Source: an uncultured Desulfobacteraceae bacterium
GTDB taxonomy: Bacteria > Desulfobacterota > DSM-4660 > Desulfatiglandales > HGW-15
Assembly (NCBI GenBank): GCA_964580575.1
Contig: CAZOLJ010000006.1
Span: forward strand, 825 to 64,824
Direction of reading: 5' to 3'
DNA length: 64,000 nt
The position numbers were made by a program, and so were the translations under genes. Numbering within the stretch: the stretch's first letter is position 1; every line of letters starts with the position of its first letter. Positions 26,956 through 36,309 of this stretch are shown piece by piece. The notes under the pieces are model-generated. The model was not told the DNA's origin. It searched no databases and saw only the letters and a list, made by a program, of their open reading frames with translations.

Positions 26956-27808
26956 ATGCAAGAAGACAAAACAAGAAGCATATTGGACCCGAGTTTTTCC
27001 AGTCTGCTGCTGGAGTCTATGGCTGACGGCGTTTTTACCCTTGATGAAAAGGGGAGAATAACTTCGTGGAACGCTTCTATAGAAAGGATCACAGGGTATA
27101 CCGCCAATGAGGCCATAGGTCAGCCATGCGCGATGCTGAATTTCACGCAGTGTTTTCAAAAAAGCTGCCCCGGGGGTATCGGGGACTGCGGGATTCTTCA
27201 GCACGACCGGCTGGACGGGAGAGAATGCTTTCTGCGCCACAAACAGGGCCATGATGTGCCCGTAATAAAAAGCGCGAGACTGGTCAAGGACGAAAAGGGT
27301 ACCGTCAAGGGTGTCATCGAAACCGTGACCGATCTTTCGGAACTGGAAAAAGCGCGGCGCAAAGCGGAAGAAGCCAGCCGCCTTCTAGGTGAAATTCACA
27401 GGTTCGACAAAATCATCGGTAAAAGCCACGCCATGCAGCAGGTCTTCTCATCCATCAAAGCCGCCGCTGCAAGCGAAGCAACTATTCTTATCCAGGGTGA
27501 AAGCGGTACGGGTAAAGAACTGGTTGCACGCGCCATTCACCATCATAGCGCTCGAAAGATGATGCCCTTTGTAACGGTGAGCTGCAGCGCTCTTTCGGAA
27601 TCCCTGCTGGAAAGCGAACTCTTCGGCCACGTCAGAGGCGCCTTTACCGGGGCCATTCGGGATCGTGAGGGGCGCTTCGAGGAAGCCGACGGTGGGACTA
27701 TTTTTCTGGACGAGATCGGGGAAATCAGTCCTTTCATCCAGGTCAAGCTCCTTCGCGTGGTGCAGGAACACGAGATCGAGCGGGTTGGCGAATCAAAGAA
27801 ACGCAAAA
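26956..27808 (+). pseudogene. 3'-truncated sigma-54 activator (PAS plus partial AAA+)
   Basis: Normal through 'GESGTGKE...ESELFGH..GAFTGA...[11 protein letters not shown]...[10 protein letters not shown]', then runs into the antisense of the opposing gene. The rest of the AAA+ domain and the HTH are absent. Confidence 0.65.
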
Positions 27809-28231
27809 AGGCTTCTTCATTTCCAGATAGACCTTTTGCGTTAAAGGCTCATAGAGACACATGGGGTCGGAGGGCAAGCGATGGAGAGTGATTTTTTCCG
27901 GGGCGCTATAATCGACCGAGCACTCCATGAGGATTTGTCCTTCTTCCAAACGGGACTCTGCAGGGATCAGAATCTCCGAATCTGCGTCCACTTTGGTCTG
28001 GCAGGCAAGGACGTAGCCCTCGAGGATTTCTTCTTTGGAAAGCAGGCTGATCGAGTGCTTGTCTGCGTGGATCTTGCCGTTGGTGACCTTGACCCGGCAC
28101 TTTCCGCAAACGCCTTTCCCGCCGCAGAGGTTGTTGATGTGGACTTTCGCTTGTTGGGCTGCCTCCATGAGGGTCGTTTCCCCCTGAACATCCATCTCTT
28201 TTTCGTCCGGCAAGAATTTGACTTTGAACAT
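27809..28231 (-). pseudogene. 3'-truncated RACo-like (corrinoid activation type) 2Fe-2S ferredoxin-domain protein, N-terminal fragment only
   Basis: 'MFKVKFLPDEKEMDV..GETTLMEAA....V.INNLCGGKGVCGKCRVKV..G......LS.EE...GYVLACQT' plus a linker to 'KVYLEMKKP'. The ASKHA-type body expected in ~600-aa homologues is missing. Confidence 0.55.
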
Positions 28232-28379
28232 GTCTTAGACGGCTCCTTTCTGAAACTTCAGTGAGTCCATCGGGAATAAAATGCGTTTTATCTCTAACAT
28301 TTTTTCACGCCCTTGTCTGTCCTGCACTGCCGTCTCTCCGAGCTGAAAGCAAGGGCACCACCATAAGAAATATATCATA

Positions 28380-28395
28380 AGCAATCCCCATGCCG
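28380..28395 (-). promoter_or_regulatory. Weak candidate sigma-54 promoter upstream of the RACo-like fragment
   Basis: Minus strand reads CGGCAT-GGGGA-TTGCT with correct GG/GC spacing, about 150 nt upstream of the start at 28231. Confidence 0.3.
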
Positions 28396-28537
28396 CGGTT
28401 GCAGACATCCTCTCTCGTTGTAAAGGCTGAAAAAATATGGTATCCGTTGGCTACAGATAGACGCCCGAGACGCTGAAAAATAAAAAGTGCGATGGAGATT
28501 CCGACCATTTAAGAGCGGCCCGATCTAAACCTCTGCG

Positions 28538-28581
28538 CGTTACATGCCGCATCTGTAACGGGTTGTAGCGTTACGGTAACG
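28538..28581. promoter_or_regulatory. Cluster of GTAACG/CGTTAC half-sites (possible operator)
   Basis: CGTTACA-N9-TGTAACG (28538-28560) and CGTTAC-g-GTAACG (28569-28581). Same hexamer as at 26835-26873. Confidence 0.3.
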
Positions 28582-28805
28582 AAGTTCTTTGAAAAACAAG
28601 ATCTATCCACTTGGACCCCGGTTGACGTTTGCGAGGAACCAGGGGAACGGTTTGACTGGGCGTTGTTTCCATATGATCCTGCGGTTTTACGGTCCGGATC
28701 GATTTTTGCAGCGGAGTATCCTCGATGAACAAGGCTCTGATACAGATCAGAGCGGCGGTGTGTGAATTTGAGCTGACCCGACTTAAGGAAAAGGAGAATT
28801 TGAAA

Positions 28806-29456
28806 ATGGCACAGGAACTTATCTACACGGAGACAAGAAATCATTGGGACGATGACATGACTTGGATTCCGGGGGAATCAGGGAAAGGCGTGGACACTCA
28901 TGCTTTCACTTTACCCGCAGGGATGAAATTCGCGAGATATTCAATCGATGTCGATGTGGCATCCCTGGCAAGCTACTACAAAGTCGAGTCTGCACCCAAG
29001 GCTGGAGCAACCGGCAAACAGCAGATCCAAGTGAGGTGGTGGTACAATCCCTTTGGCAAGATTCGGTATACCCTGAATGTTTACGGGGGAGAGCCTGAAA
29101 CCGTCACGGTTTGGTACGGAGAGAACAACTGGGTCGGCAAAACCCTGAACACCCTGGAACAGGATCTGAATCTCAGAATGCCGGGGCGGGGCAGCGTCGC
29201 CAGGAAGCTGTTCAGCCGTATGATGCGCATGGCAGACAAAGACCTTCAGCGCAACTTTATCACCCACCCAAAGTCCGGCTCGGTCGCTGGGACGCAGGAC
29301 ACGGCTCTTGGGCTGATCGCAACTGTCAAGTATGGCGCCATGGGAGGCCTGATTTTATATGCTCTCGACAAGGGCTATGAGGTCATGGGGCAGTTCGATG
29401 CCGGGGGCGCGCTTCCTTTTGATGATGAACTGGCCATCTCCTTTACAAAGCGCTGA
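28806..29456 (+). CDS. Hypothetical protein (no family recognised)
   Basis: 216-aa ORF from ATG 28806 after RBS AAGGAG. Composition looks like a globular protein. No motif I can name. Confidence 0.5.
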   Translation: MAQELIYTETRNHWDDDMTWIPGESGKGVDTHAFTLPAGMKFARYSIDVDVASLASYYKVESAPKAGATGKQQIQVRWWYNPFGKIRYTLNVYGGEPETVTVWYGENNWVGKTLNTLEQDLNLRMPGRGSVARKLFSRMMRMADKDLQRNFITHPKSGSVAGTQDTALGLIATVKYGAMGGLILYALDKGYEVMGQFDAGGALPFDDELAISFTKR

Positions 29457-29493
29457 GGCGCTGTGGCTGAATTCGTGATTGAGCCTGGTCCTT

Positions 29494-29841
29494 CTAAAAG
29501 GTAATCACCTCAAAGCCTTGTTCCTGGTAGCGGGCCATGCTGGGATGGCCGCTCATGTCGTCCAAGAGTTTTAGCCCTTCCTGCTTGGCGGCATCCAGAG
29601 TGCCCATCTTGTTGGAGCAGGCCTTGCAGACCCCGTCAATGAGATCTTGTTCTTTCGCCTTCATGTATAAGGAAGCCATGGGGTTCCCCTGCTTGGCCAG
29701 GTCCGGAATCAGTTTCGTTGCAGACCCTTCTATCACGATTTTCACATCAGTCCCTTTGGCTTTCATGTCCAGGGCATTCAAGAGCACATGAATGAAACAC
29801 ATAAACTCGCCATTGAAGGCGAAAAGCACCGTTTTTCCCAT
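29494..29841 (-). CDS. DsrE/DsrF-like family protein
   Basis: About 115 aa: 'VKIV.EG.ATKLIP.L......', 'GVCKAC..K.G', 'LLDDM.GHPSMA....QGFEVITF'. ATG at 29841 after RBS AAGGAG. Confidence 0.6.
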   Translation of the reverse strand: MGKTVLFAFNGEFMCFIHVLLNALDMKAKGTDVKIVIEGSATKLIPDLAKQGNPMASLYMKAKEQDLIDGVCKACSNKMGTLDAAKQEGLKLLDDMSGHPSMARYQEQGFEVITF

Positions 29842-30010
29842 CGCCGACTCCTTCATTCTCCCCTCCGTTCTCCTCTCACTCCGCCAACACACCGGCCCTG
29901 TCCTCGATGGTCTGTTCCGTCTCCTCTTGGCATGTTACGAGCCTCCTTTCAATGAGAACTATCCCAAAGTTCTTTGTCCGTAAGCTTTTTGTTTTCTTGG
30001 GCTTGAGGGT

Positions 30011-30718
30011 CTATTCCTCCGCACCGAGCTTTATGAGGTTTGAAACCTTCTCTTCCAGGGTTTTGACCTCTTCGAAAATAATTTTGAGGTATTCTCTATT
30101 GGAATCAGTGTCGCTCGACTTTCCATGGAGCCTCCGGGCGACACCGCCTACGACGGTGAGTGAATTCCTGAGTTCATGGGCTATCCTGTTTGACATTTCG
30201 CCCACTGTGGCCAACCTTTCGGCCTCTATGAGGCACTTCGTCTTTTCTTCGAGCTCTGCCGTTCGTTCCCTGACCTTTTGTTCCAGACCTTGATTCAAGC
30301 TGTGGACCTCCGCGTAGAGTTTCGAAATCCTTATGGCAATACCGATCTGGTTGGAGATGACGTAAATCACGTCGTTGAAGCGCTCATGGAAGTAATTCTT
30401 CTTCTTGGAAGACGTCACCAGGACTCCGATCGTTTCTCCTTCAAGCTTGATAGGCGTGACTGCAAAAGACTTGATATTCTCGCAGACAATGCGATTCGTT
30501 GAGATGGGTTTGTCTATTTGGTCCGCATCATTGATGATGACAATTCTGCCCGTAAGAAAACAGTCTCCAGAATAGCTGTCAATGGTGGGTTCTCTCGTCG
30601 TTTGTTCTATGAACGCCTGGCTCAGCCCCTTGTGACTCTTGATTCTGAGCTTCCCGTCCGGGTCCAGCAGGCGAATGGAACAGGCGTCCAGTTTGAACTC
30701 CTCCACCAACAGATGCAC
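30011..30718 (-). CDS. GAF + HisKA (dimerisation/phosphoacceptor) protein lacking an ATPase domain
   Basis: GAF-like core, then 'ERLATVGEMSNRIAHELRNSL' H-box, then stop with no HATPase_c. The frame is open upstream to about 30895 with no in-frame ATG (GTG at 30718 is the first canonical start). Confidence 0.55.
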   Translation of the reverse strand: MHLLVEEFKLDACSIRLLDPDGKLRIKSHKGLSQAFIEQTTREPTIDSYSGDCFLTGRIVIINDADQIDKPISTNRIVCENIKSFAVTPIKLEGETIGVLVTSSKKKNYFHERFNDVIYVISNQIGIAIRISKLYAEVHSLNQGLEQKVRERTAELEEKTKCLIEAERLATVGEMSNRIAHELRNSLTVVGGVARRLHGKSSDTDSNREYLKIIFEEVKTLEEKVSNLIKLGAEE

Positions 30719-31032
30719 GATCGCGTCGAGAACAGGCTGCAGGTCCAGAAGAGACGAGAGAACCCTCGTGATTTCATGGAGGATTCTGATCTTCTGTTCA
30801 GCCTCTTTCAGTCGTCTGGAGATCGTATCGACGTCTTGAGTGATTTCCTCTTCTCCTTTTAATGAAAAGCGTTCGAAGGCGAGATCAGGTCAGCAACCCC
30901 GTGGACCGGCCTGCATCGAGGACTCGCTGCCCCTTTTCTACACGATCTCTCCTTGTTTTCTGTTTCGACAGAGACCCCTATGACCTTATCCCATAACCCT
31001 TTCAAAAGACAAAATGTTACGAACCGCATGAT

Positions 31033-31251
31033 CTATTCTCGCGTCATCGCGGCCCCACATTTGGGGCATCGCTGCTCATAGCAAGGCGTTCCCATTTGGT
31101 GGGGCGCTTTTTCCCCGCACTTGGGACAAACGCAGTTGCCGCCAGGGCCTGCCGCAAAACCTCCGCCCTGACGTCCACCGCGACCTCGTCCCATGCCTCT
31201 GCCTGTTCCGGGACCTTGTCCTCTTGGTCCTGTTCCGTCTCCTCGTGGCAT
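31033..31251 (-). CDS. DUF5320-like protein with C-terminal zinc ribbon
   Basis: 'MPRGDGTGPRGQGPGTGRGMGRGRGG' then 'CVCPKCG...CPKCG' (two CxxC pairs). RBS AAGGAGG 8 nt upstream. Confidence 0.6.
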   Translation of the reverse strand: MPRGDGTGPRGQGPGTGRGMGRGRGGRQGGGFAAGPGGNCVCPKCGEKAPHQMGTPCYEQRCPKCGAAMTRE

Positions 31252-31358
31252 AGTCATTACCTCCTTTGCTTTTCTTTTTTTGCGAGAGTCCCCATGATTG
31301 GGGACGTCACCCATCCATTTCAAAAGGTTAAAAGATTAATGCAGCGGCCGACATGGGG

Positions 31359-32084
31359 TTATCCCTTCACCATGGTGAGTTTCTTCGTCCCTTTGATTTG
31401 CCGGAAGTTGGCTCCTTGGCTGACACACCGGAGTGCCAGGTCCGCATCCATCACTCTTGTCCCTGAAAGGGCGTGCACGCCGTAATCAAAGAGCACAGGG
31501 GAAAGAGGCACCGTATCGCCCAGCATGATGATGAAAGCCTTGGGGTCGCAAAGTTCAAGCAGATGGGGCAAGGTGTGGTTGGTCAAGGAAGTCCCTGTGA
31601 TGGCCACCACATCCGCCTGGGGGATGAAACGATCGGCTTCGGTTTCATTGAAATCCCCTTCCCTCGGATTTTTCTCAATCACCCAGAGGGCCTGGGCCTT
31701 TTCGCGAACTCTGGGCAAGAAAGGAAAATGCCCTACAATGGCCACTCTTTTGCCTTCACCCTTGTCCAGAATAACCTCTGCAGCGTTGATCTCCGTGCAG
31801 GCTTCAAGATCCACTTCGAGGAGCGAATTAATGGTAGCCATGCCGATGGCCGCCTCGAGGAGGCTATCCGAGTAAACCATCAGGGCAAGATCCCTGGAGG
31901 GTTTATCCAGCAGAAACCCGGGCTCCTTTACCAGAGGGCCTTCTTGCTTGAGCGCATCGCGCGGCAGGGTTGCGGCAAGGCCGCAATACCTTGTGAGAAC
32001 CCCGGTGTGAAAAACCCCCTGGCGGATGTCTTTGACAGGGGCGTCGAAATTGAGAGTCGAAATAATGTGGTCAATGATTTTCAT
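31359..32084 (-). CDS. DUF4213/DUF364 Rossmann-like protein (putative metal-chelation-type fold)
   Basis: 'G.....G.A......EAAIGMATINS' N-domain, then 'KRVAIVGHFP......VIE.NP..GD........IP.ADVV.ITG.SL.N.T'. Confidence 0.65.
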   Translation of the reverse strand: MKIIDHIISTLNFDAPVKDIRQGVFHTGVLTRYCGLAATLPRDALKQEGPLVKEPGFLLDKPSRDLALMVYSDSLLEAAIGMATINSLLEVDLEACTEINAAEVILDKGEGKRVAIVGHFPFLPRVREKAQALWVIEKNPREGDFNETEADRFIPQADVVAITGTSLTNHTLPHLLELCDPKAFIIMLGDTVPLSPVLFDYGVHALSGTRVMDADLALRCVSQGANFRQIKGTKKLTMVKG

Positions 32085-32195
32085 GGCCTCTGTCCTTCAT
32101 GTCGTTTGATAAGTCCCTTGCCTTTCCGCACCGATTACTCTATAAAAATCTCCGGAACAAAAGTTTTCTTTCACATCCTTGGCGCTGCGTGTCCG

Positions 32196-33203
32196 ATGAG
32201 AATTGAAGAGATCATCAAAAAATCCCATAAGGGAGCTCCTTTTTCAAAAGACGAACTGGTGCAGATGCTCAGTTATCCTCCGGGTTCGACGGAGTCCTAT
32301 CTGCTGATGGCCGAAGCAAACCGGATTTCCAAAGATCTCACCGCTAACCAGGCGGAAATCCACGCGCAGTTCGCATTGAACCTAGCCCCTTGTTCGCGCA
32401 ACTGTGCCTTCTGTTCGTTTGCACAAAAGAACAAAATCTTTAAGAAAGAAAGGCGGATCTCCGTGGAACAGGCCGTCCATCTCGCAAAGCAGTTCGAAAA
32501 GGATGGAGCCAATGCAGTCTATGTGATGACCACCGCCACCTATCCCTTTGAGCTCTTCTTGGACATGTCCCGCGAAATTCGCCGCAGTCTTCAGCCGGAG
32601 ACCACTCTTGTCGCCAATATCGGTGATCAATCCCACGTAAACGCCCAAAAGGTTAAAGACGCAGGATATGAGGGTGTCTACCATGCCTTGCGCCTGCGGG
32701 AGGGGACAGACACCTCGATTTCGCCGAAAACCCGAGAACGAAGCATCCGCAACTTCCTGGATGCCGGTTTGGGTGTGGGAACCTGCGTTGAACCCATAGG
32801 CCCGGAACACAGCAACGAGGAGATTGCTGAAAGGGTGCTGTTTACAGGCTCCTTCAATCCCTCTTACAGCGGCGCGGCAAGGCGAATTCCCATTCCGGGG
32901 ACAGAACTGGCCAGGCTCGGGATGATCAGCGAACTTCGAATGGCTCAAATCGTCGCAGTCACCCGGCTGGGTGTCCCCAGAACGGTTATCGGGAACTGTA
33001 CTCACGAACCTTGCACTCTCGGAGCCATGGCCGGAGCGAACCTCTTCTGGGCTGAAATGGGAGCCAACCCGAGAGACACCGCGGAAAAAACCGAAGAAGG
33101 CCGGGGCGAAAGCGTGAAGAGCTGCAAGGATCTGTTCTGGGAGGCCGGCTGGTCTAAGTGGGATGGGCCTTCCCGGTATTATCCCCCGCCGGTGGCATCT
33201 TAA
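32196..33203 (+). CDS. Radical SAM protein, BioB/HydE/PylB-like
   Basis: 'CSRNCAFCSF' CX3CX2C cluster motif about 60 aa from the ATG at 32196. TIM-barrel-length body. The track ORF from 31473 is antisense read-in. Confidence 0.7.
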   Translation: MRIEEIIKKSHKGAPFSKDELVQMLSYPPGSTESYLLMAEANRISKDLTANQAEIHAQFALNLAPCSRNCAFCSFAQKNKIFKKERRISVEQAVHLAKQFEKDGANAVYVMTTATYPFELFLDMSREIRRSLQPETTLVANIGDQSHVNAQKVKDAGYEGVYHALRLREGTDTSISPKTRERSIRNFLDAGLGVGTCVEPIGPEHSNEEIAERVLFTGSFNPSYSGAARRIPIPGTELARLGMISELRMAQIVAVTRLGVPRTVIGNCTHEPCTLGAMAGANLFWAEMGANPRDTAEKTEEGRGESVKSCKDLFWEAGWSKWDGPSRYYPPPVAS

Positions 33204-33646
33204 TCGTAACTCGCCCGGGTCGCTTCATCCGCCATGGTCGGTGCGATCAGTGGCTTCCACGTTGAGTTCTCCCACGTCCCAAGACGGGTGTGCAGATCCA
33301 GATATTTCTTGGGTATGGGATGCGTGCCCACAACGACCCTGATCCCATAGCGTTTTTCAAGAAAGGCTTTGAAGATATCGATATGGGGACAGGGGGGATA
33401 GCCGACGACCATGCCGGTGGCCAGGTGAATCACTTGCGCGCCGTTCTTCACCATTTCTTCGCCCGCATATTCTATGTTGCCGCCAGGACAACCATCGCAA
33501 GTTGTAAGACCGACCAACTCCACTTCGGTGTCCGAGTATATACTGAAAGCCCCTTCCTTGTTCTTCATCGCTCGGAGACACTTCCCGCCCGCACAGCGAC
33601 GGTATCGGTCGCAGATGATGATTCCAATCTTGGTCTTTGAATTCAT
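33200..33646 (-). CDS. CGGC-domain-like Cys-rich protein
   Basis: 'IGIIICDRYRRCAGGKC', 'TTCDGCPGG', 'GYPPCPH'. ATG at 33646 after RBS AAGGAG. Confidence 0.55.
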   Translation of the reverse strand: MNSKTKIGIIICDRYRRCAGGKCLRAMKNKEGAFSIYSDTEVELVGLTTCDGCPGGNIEYAGEEMVKNGAQVIHLATGMVVGYPPCPHIDIFKAFLEKRYGIRVVVGTHPIPKKYLDLHTRLGTWENSTWKPLIAPTMADEATRASYD

Positions 33647-33795
33647 TTCAACTCCTTTCAATTCTTGGTGGATCCATGGTGACGGCAATCCGAACAGCCC
33701 ATACGTCTGACTTTTCCCTTGTTTGTCCTCTTCGCCACCGCCAGGCCAAGCGCAGACAGACCCTCCTGCCCTGTCTGACGATTTGACGAAGGACG

Positions 33796-34743
33796 CTATT
33801 GCAGAGGGCCCGCTTCGCTGTCGGCGACGTAGTAGAGCAGAGTGTTCCGCACTTGTGCCCGGATTCGTTTCTCCCTCAGGAGTTTCCCGAGATACTTGGA
33901 GACCTCGTTGGGGTGCATGTTGAAGGTCTCGGCAATCTCATGGTCGGTACACGGGCGCCGCTGCAACATGGAATAAATCTCTTCCTGCGCGGCGTACATC
34001 TCCACTCTCTGTTTCGCTTTAAAGTCTGCAATCACCTCCGCTTGAGGGGCAAAAAGAGAGCACAGGGACTCCAGGCGTTCTCTGGAAACGGGCACTGCAA
34101 AATCCTCGGAGGGAGGTCGTACCGCGGTATTGAGATGAATGCGGTGCGGCCCGATCTCTTTGGCCAAAGCCGCGATTTTCGCGACATCCGGAGGGAGTGA
34201 GTTCATGCCCGCAACCAGAAAAACCTCCAACCACAACTGTCCCTTGAAGTGGGCTCGAAATGCTTTCTGGCCTTCAACCACCTGATGGAAGGAAAGCTCC
34301 GGGTGGGGCCGGTTCATCCACCCAAAAGAGGCCTGGTCCCAAGCGCTCAGGGAAGTCTTGACGATATGGGCGTGAGAGGCGGCCTCTTGAACCTCCGGTA
34401 GATGAAGCAGGGTGCCATTGGTCAAAAGCACTGCCGGAATAGAGCTGTGCGATCGGACGAACCGGAGCACTTCCCCGAAACCCGAATGAAGGGTCGGCTC
34501 TCCTGAACCTGAAAGAGTGATGTAATCGGCCTTGCCGTTCTCTTTGATCCACGCCTCAAGCTCGGCGATCACTGCCTCCACAGGCACGTATTCCTCGCGC
34601 GCCAGGGTTTTATGGGTGGTCTGTCCAAGCTGGCAGAACACGCAGTCCAGGGTGCATGTCTTGCGAGGTGTAAGATCGACTCCCAGGGATCGTCCAAAAC
34701 GACGGGACGCCACAGGTCCGAAGAGATAACGGAACGTTTGCAT
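33796..34743 (-). CDS. Radical SAM protein with C-terminal winged-helix-like domain
   Basis: 'GPVASRRFGRSLGVDL.P.K.CTLDCVFCQ' (CX3CX2C) and 'SGSGEPTL'. The C-terminal ~70 aa is HTH-like. Confidence 0.75.
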   Translation of the reverse strand: MQTFRYLFGPVASRRFGRSLGVDLTPRKTCTLDCVFCQLGQTTHKTLAREEYVPVEAVIAELEAWIKENGKADYITLSGSGEPTLHSGFGEVLRFVRSHSSIPAVLLTNGTLLHLPEVQEAASHAHIVKTSLSAWDQASFGWMNRPHPELSFHQVVEGQKAFRAHFKGQLWLEVFLVAGMNSLPPDVAKIAALAKEIGPHRIHLNTAVRPPSEDFAVPVSRERLESLCSLFAPQAEVIADFKAKQRVEMYAAQEEIYSMLQRRPCTDHEIAETFNMHPNEVSKYLGKLLREKRIRAQVRNTLLYYVADSEAGPLQ

Positions 34744-34757
34744 AGGGGGTAAGTCCT

Positions 34758-35201
34758 CTACTCTTTCTTCCTGCGTTGTTTCCTCATGTAGTCATCAAGG
34801 GCTGCCTGAAGCGTATCCGCAGCGAGGAAGGCGCAGTGCCGATCTTCCTCAGGAAGGCCGCCCAGGGTTTCGAGAATGGTTTCGCCCGAAATCTCAGCCA
34901 CTTCATCCGGGGTTTTTCCGAGCGCAAGCTCAGCTGCAAAAGAACCGCAGACCATACTGGACCCGCAGCCGTCTGTCCGGAAGGTGGCTTCTTTGACTCT
35001 GTCCTGTTCAAACCTCAAGAAAATCTCCATCCTGTCCCCGCAAGAACCGGCGACATGGCCGTATCCATCGGGATTGTCCATGGCCCCCATGTACTGAGAT
35101 CTGAGCCATCTCTCAAAGGCCAGCTGCCCGTAGGCCTCCCTGGTCTCCTCATGAATCTGGTGCTGTATTTCCTGGATGAAATCGTCGATCGACTCGGTCA
35201 T
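34758..35201 (-). CDS. NifU/IscU N-terminal-domain-like Fe-S scaffold protein
   Basis: 'GSCGDRMEIFL....V.EA.F.TDGCGSS...........GKT..E.......L...GGLPE...HCA.LA..TL.AAL.DY'. Paralogue of 6492-6920. Confidence 0.7.
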   Translation of the reverse strand: MTESIDDFIQEIQHQIHEETREAYGQLAFERWLRSQYMGAMDNPDGYGHVAGSCGDRMEIFLRFEQDRVKEATFRTDGCGSSMVCGSFAAELALGKTPDEVAEISGETILETLGGLPEEDRHCAFLAADTLQAALDDYMRKQRRKKE

Positions 35202-35551
35202 GCCTTCTCCCCTCAATTCCCGTTTTCACACCGCTGATATCGGTCCCCAGGAGGATAGTGAAGCAAGGGGTATGCCATGGTGATGATTTAGTCCCATCGG
35301 AGATCCCAAAGGCTTGAGTTATCGGGTAGTTGGTATGGAAACCCCATCAGCGAATTTGTTCTCAAGCCGCTCGGGATCTATGCAGGTTTGCAATGGTTTG
35401 CGGCAGTCCTGCAAAACTGAAAACCGGCGGAAAGAAGCCCCTGTCCGCCAAGGTGAATCCAAGGCAGATCAGAGATGGCAGGACACTGATAATGCAGAAG
35501 TCCGAGCCCTCTCCAGGCCGAACACATTTTGTACAGAAAATCTTTAAGAAC

Positions 35552-35596
35552 TTGACAAAGTTTGGAGAGACACATAAAGTTAGTTTCAGCTAACTT
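35552..35596 (+). promoter_or_regulatory. Candidate sigma-70 promoter with overlapping palindromic operator upstream of dtxR-feoAB
   Basis: TTGACA (35552-35557), 17 nt spacer, TAAAGT (35575-35580). Palindrome AAGTTAG-N6-CTAACTT (35577-35596) contains the GTTAG/CTAAC half-sites of DtxR/IdeR-type boxes but with a wider spacer. Confidence 0.4.
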
Positions 35597-35599
35597 GAG

Positions 35600-36067
35600 A
35601 TGGAGAGTGCGATGAGTATGAATACAAAGCTCAGTTCACAGATGGAAGATTATCTGGAAGCCATCTACCATCTGTGCAGAGATGAGGGGGTTGCTCGAGT
35701 CAAAGCCATTGCAGATCGACTTGAAGTGTCGAATCCGAGCGTCGTCGGCGCGATTAGAAAACTCAAATACCGGAATCTCGTGATTCAGGAGCCTTACGGT
35801 TACGTTCGTCTCACTATGGAAGGTGAGGAAATCGCAGGCGCGATCACCCACAGACATGAGGTGTTAAGCGATTTCTTAAAAGATATTCTGGGATTGGACC
35901 ATGAGACGGCGTCAGTGGATGCCTGCAAGATTGAACATGCCGTAAGTCCCGAAACGGTAAGACGTCTGCGTGCGGTTGCGGAGTTTATCAAGCAAGAGCC
36001 TCAAATCAATGTGGACTGGGAAAAGGAGTTCAAGCGCTTTTACGGCGAGTACCTGAGGAGGCTCTAG
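35600..36067 (+). CDS. DtxR/MntR-family metal-dependent transcriptional regulator
   Basis: 'EDYLE.IY.L.......RV..IA..L.VS.PSV......L......V..EPYG...LT..G' and 'HRHEVL..FL...LG'. Confidence 0.85.
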   Translation: MESAMSMNTKLSSQMEDYLEAIYHLCRDEGVARVKAIADRLEVSNPSVVGAIRKLKYRNLVIQEPYGYVRLTMEGEEIAGAITHRHEVLSDFLKDILGLDHETASVDACKIEHAVSPETVRRLRAVAEFIKQEPQINVDWEKEFKRFYGEYLRRL

Positions 36068-36069
36068 AG

Positions 36070-36309
36070 TTGATCACGACGCTGGAAAAAGCCAAAGAGG
36101 GAATGTCTGCAGTGGTGAAGCAGATCCAGGGGGGCCACAAGATCCGCCAGAGGCTTGGCGGCCTGGGGATACACATAGACGACAGTCTGAAGGTGATCCG
36201 CACCGGGTTTCTGGGAGGACCTGTCTTGATTGAGATTCATGGGACTGAGGTTGGGATCGGTCACGGCATGGCTGAGAAGATCGAAGTGGAAGTAATGGAA
36301 GAAGAATGA
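36070..36309 (+). CDS. feoA: FeoA-family protein
   Basis: 79 aa SH3-like, 'L....G....V..I.GG...R.RL..LGI..G..L.V'. TTG start, immediately upstream of feoB. Confidence 0.8.
   Translation: MITTLEKAKEGMSAVVKQIQGGHKIRQRLGGLGIHIDDSLKVIRTGFLGGPVLIEIHGTEVGIGHGMAEKIEVEVMEEE

Noticed and set aside
35217-35551. 335-bp ORF-free region between the nifU-like and dtxR genes, inspected for a riboswitch or sRNA (for example Moco or cobalamin-like segments such as 'GUCCGAGCCCUCUCC').
   Set aside because: I could not match the conserved cores of any riboswitch class from memory and saw no convincing extended secondary structure. It needs an Rfam scan before any claim.
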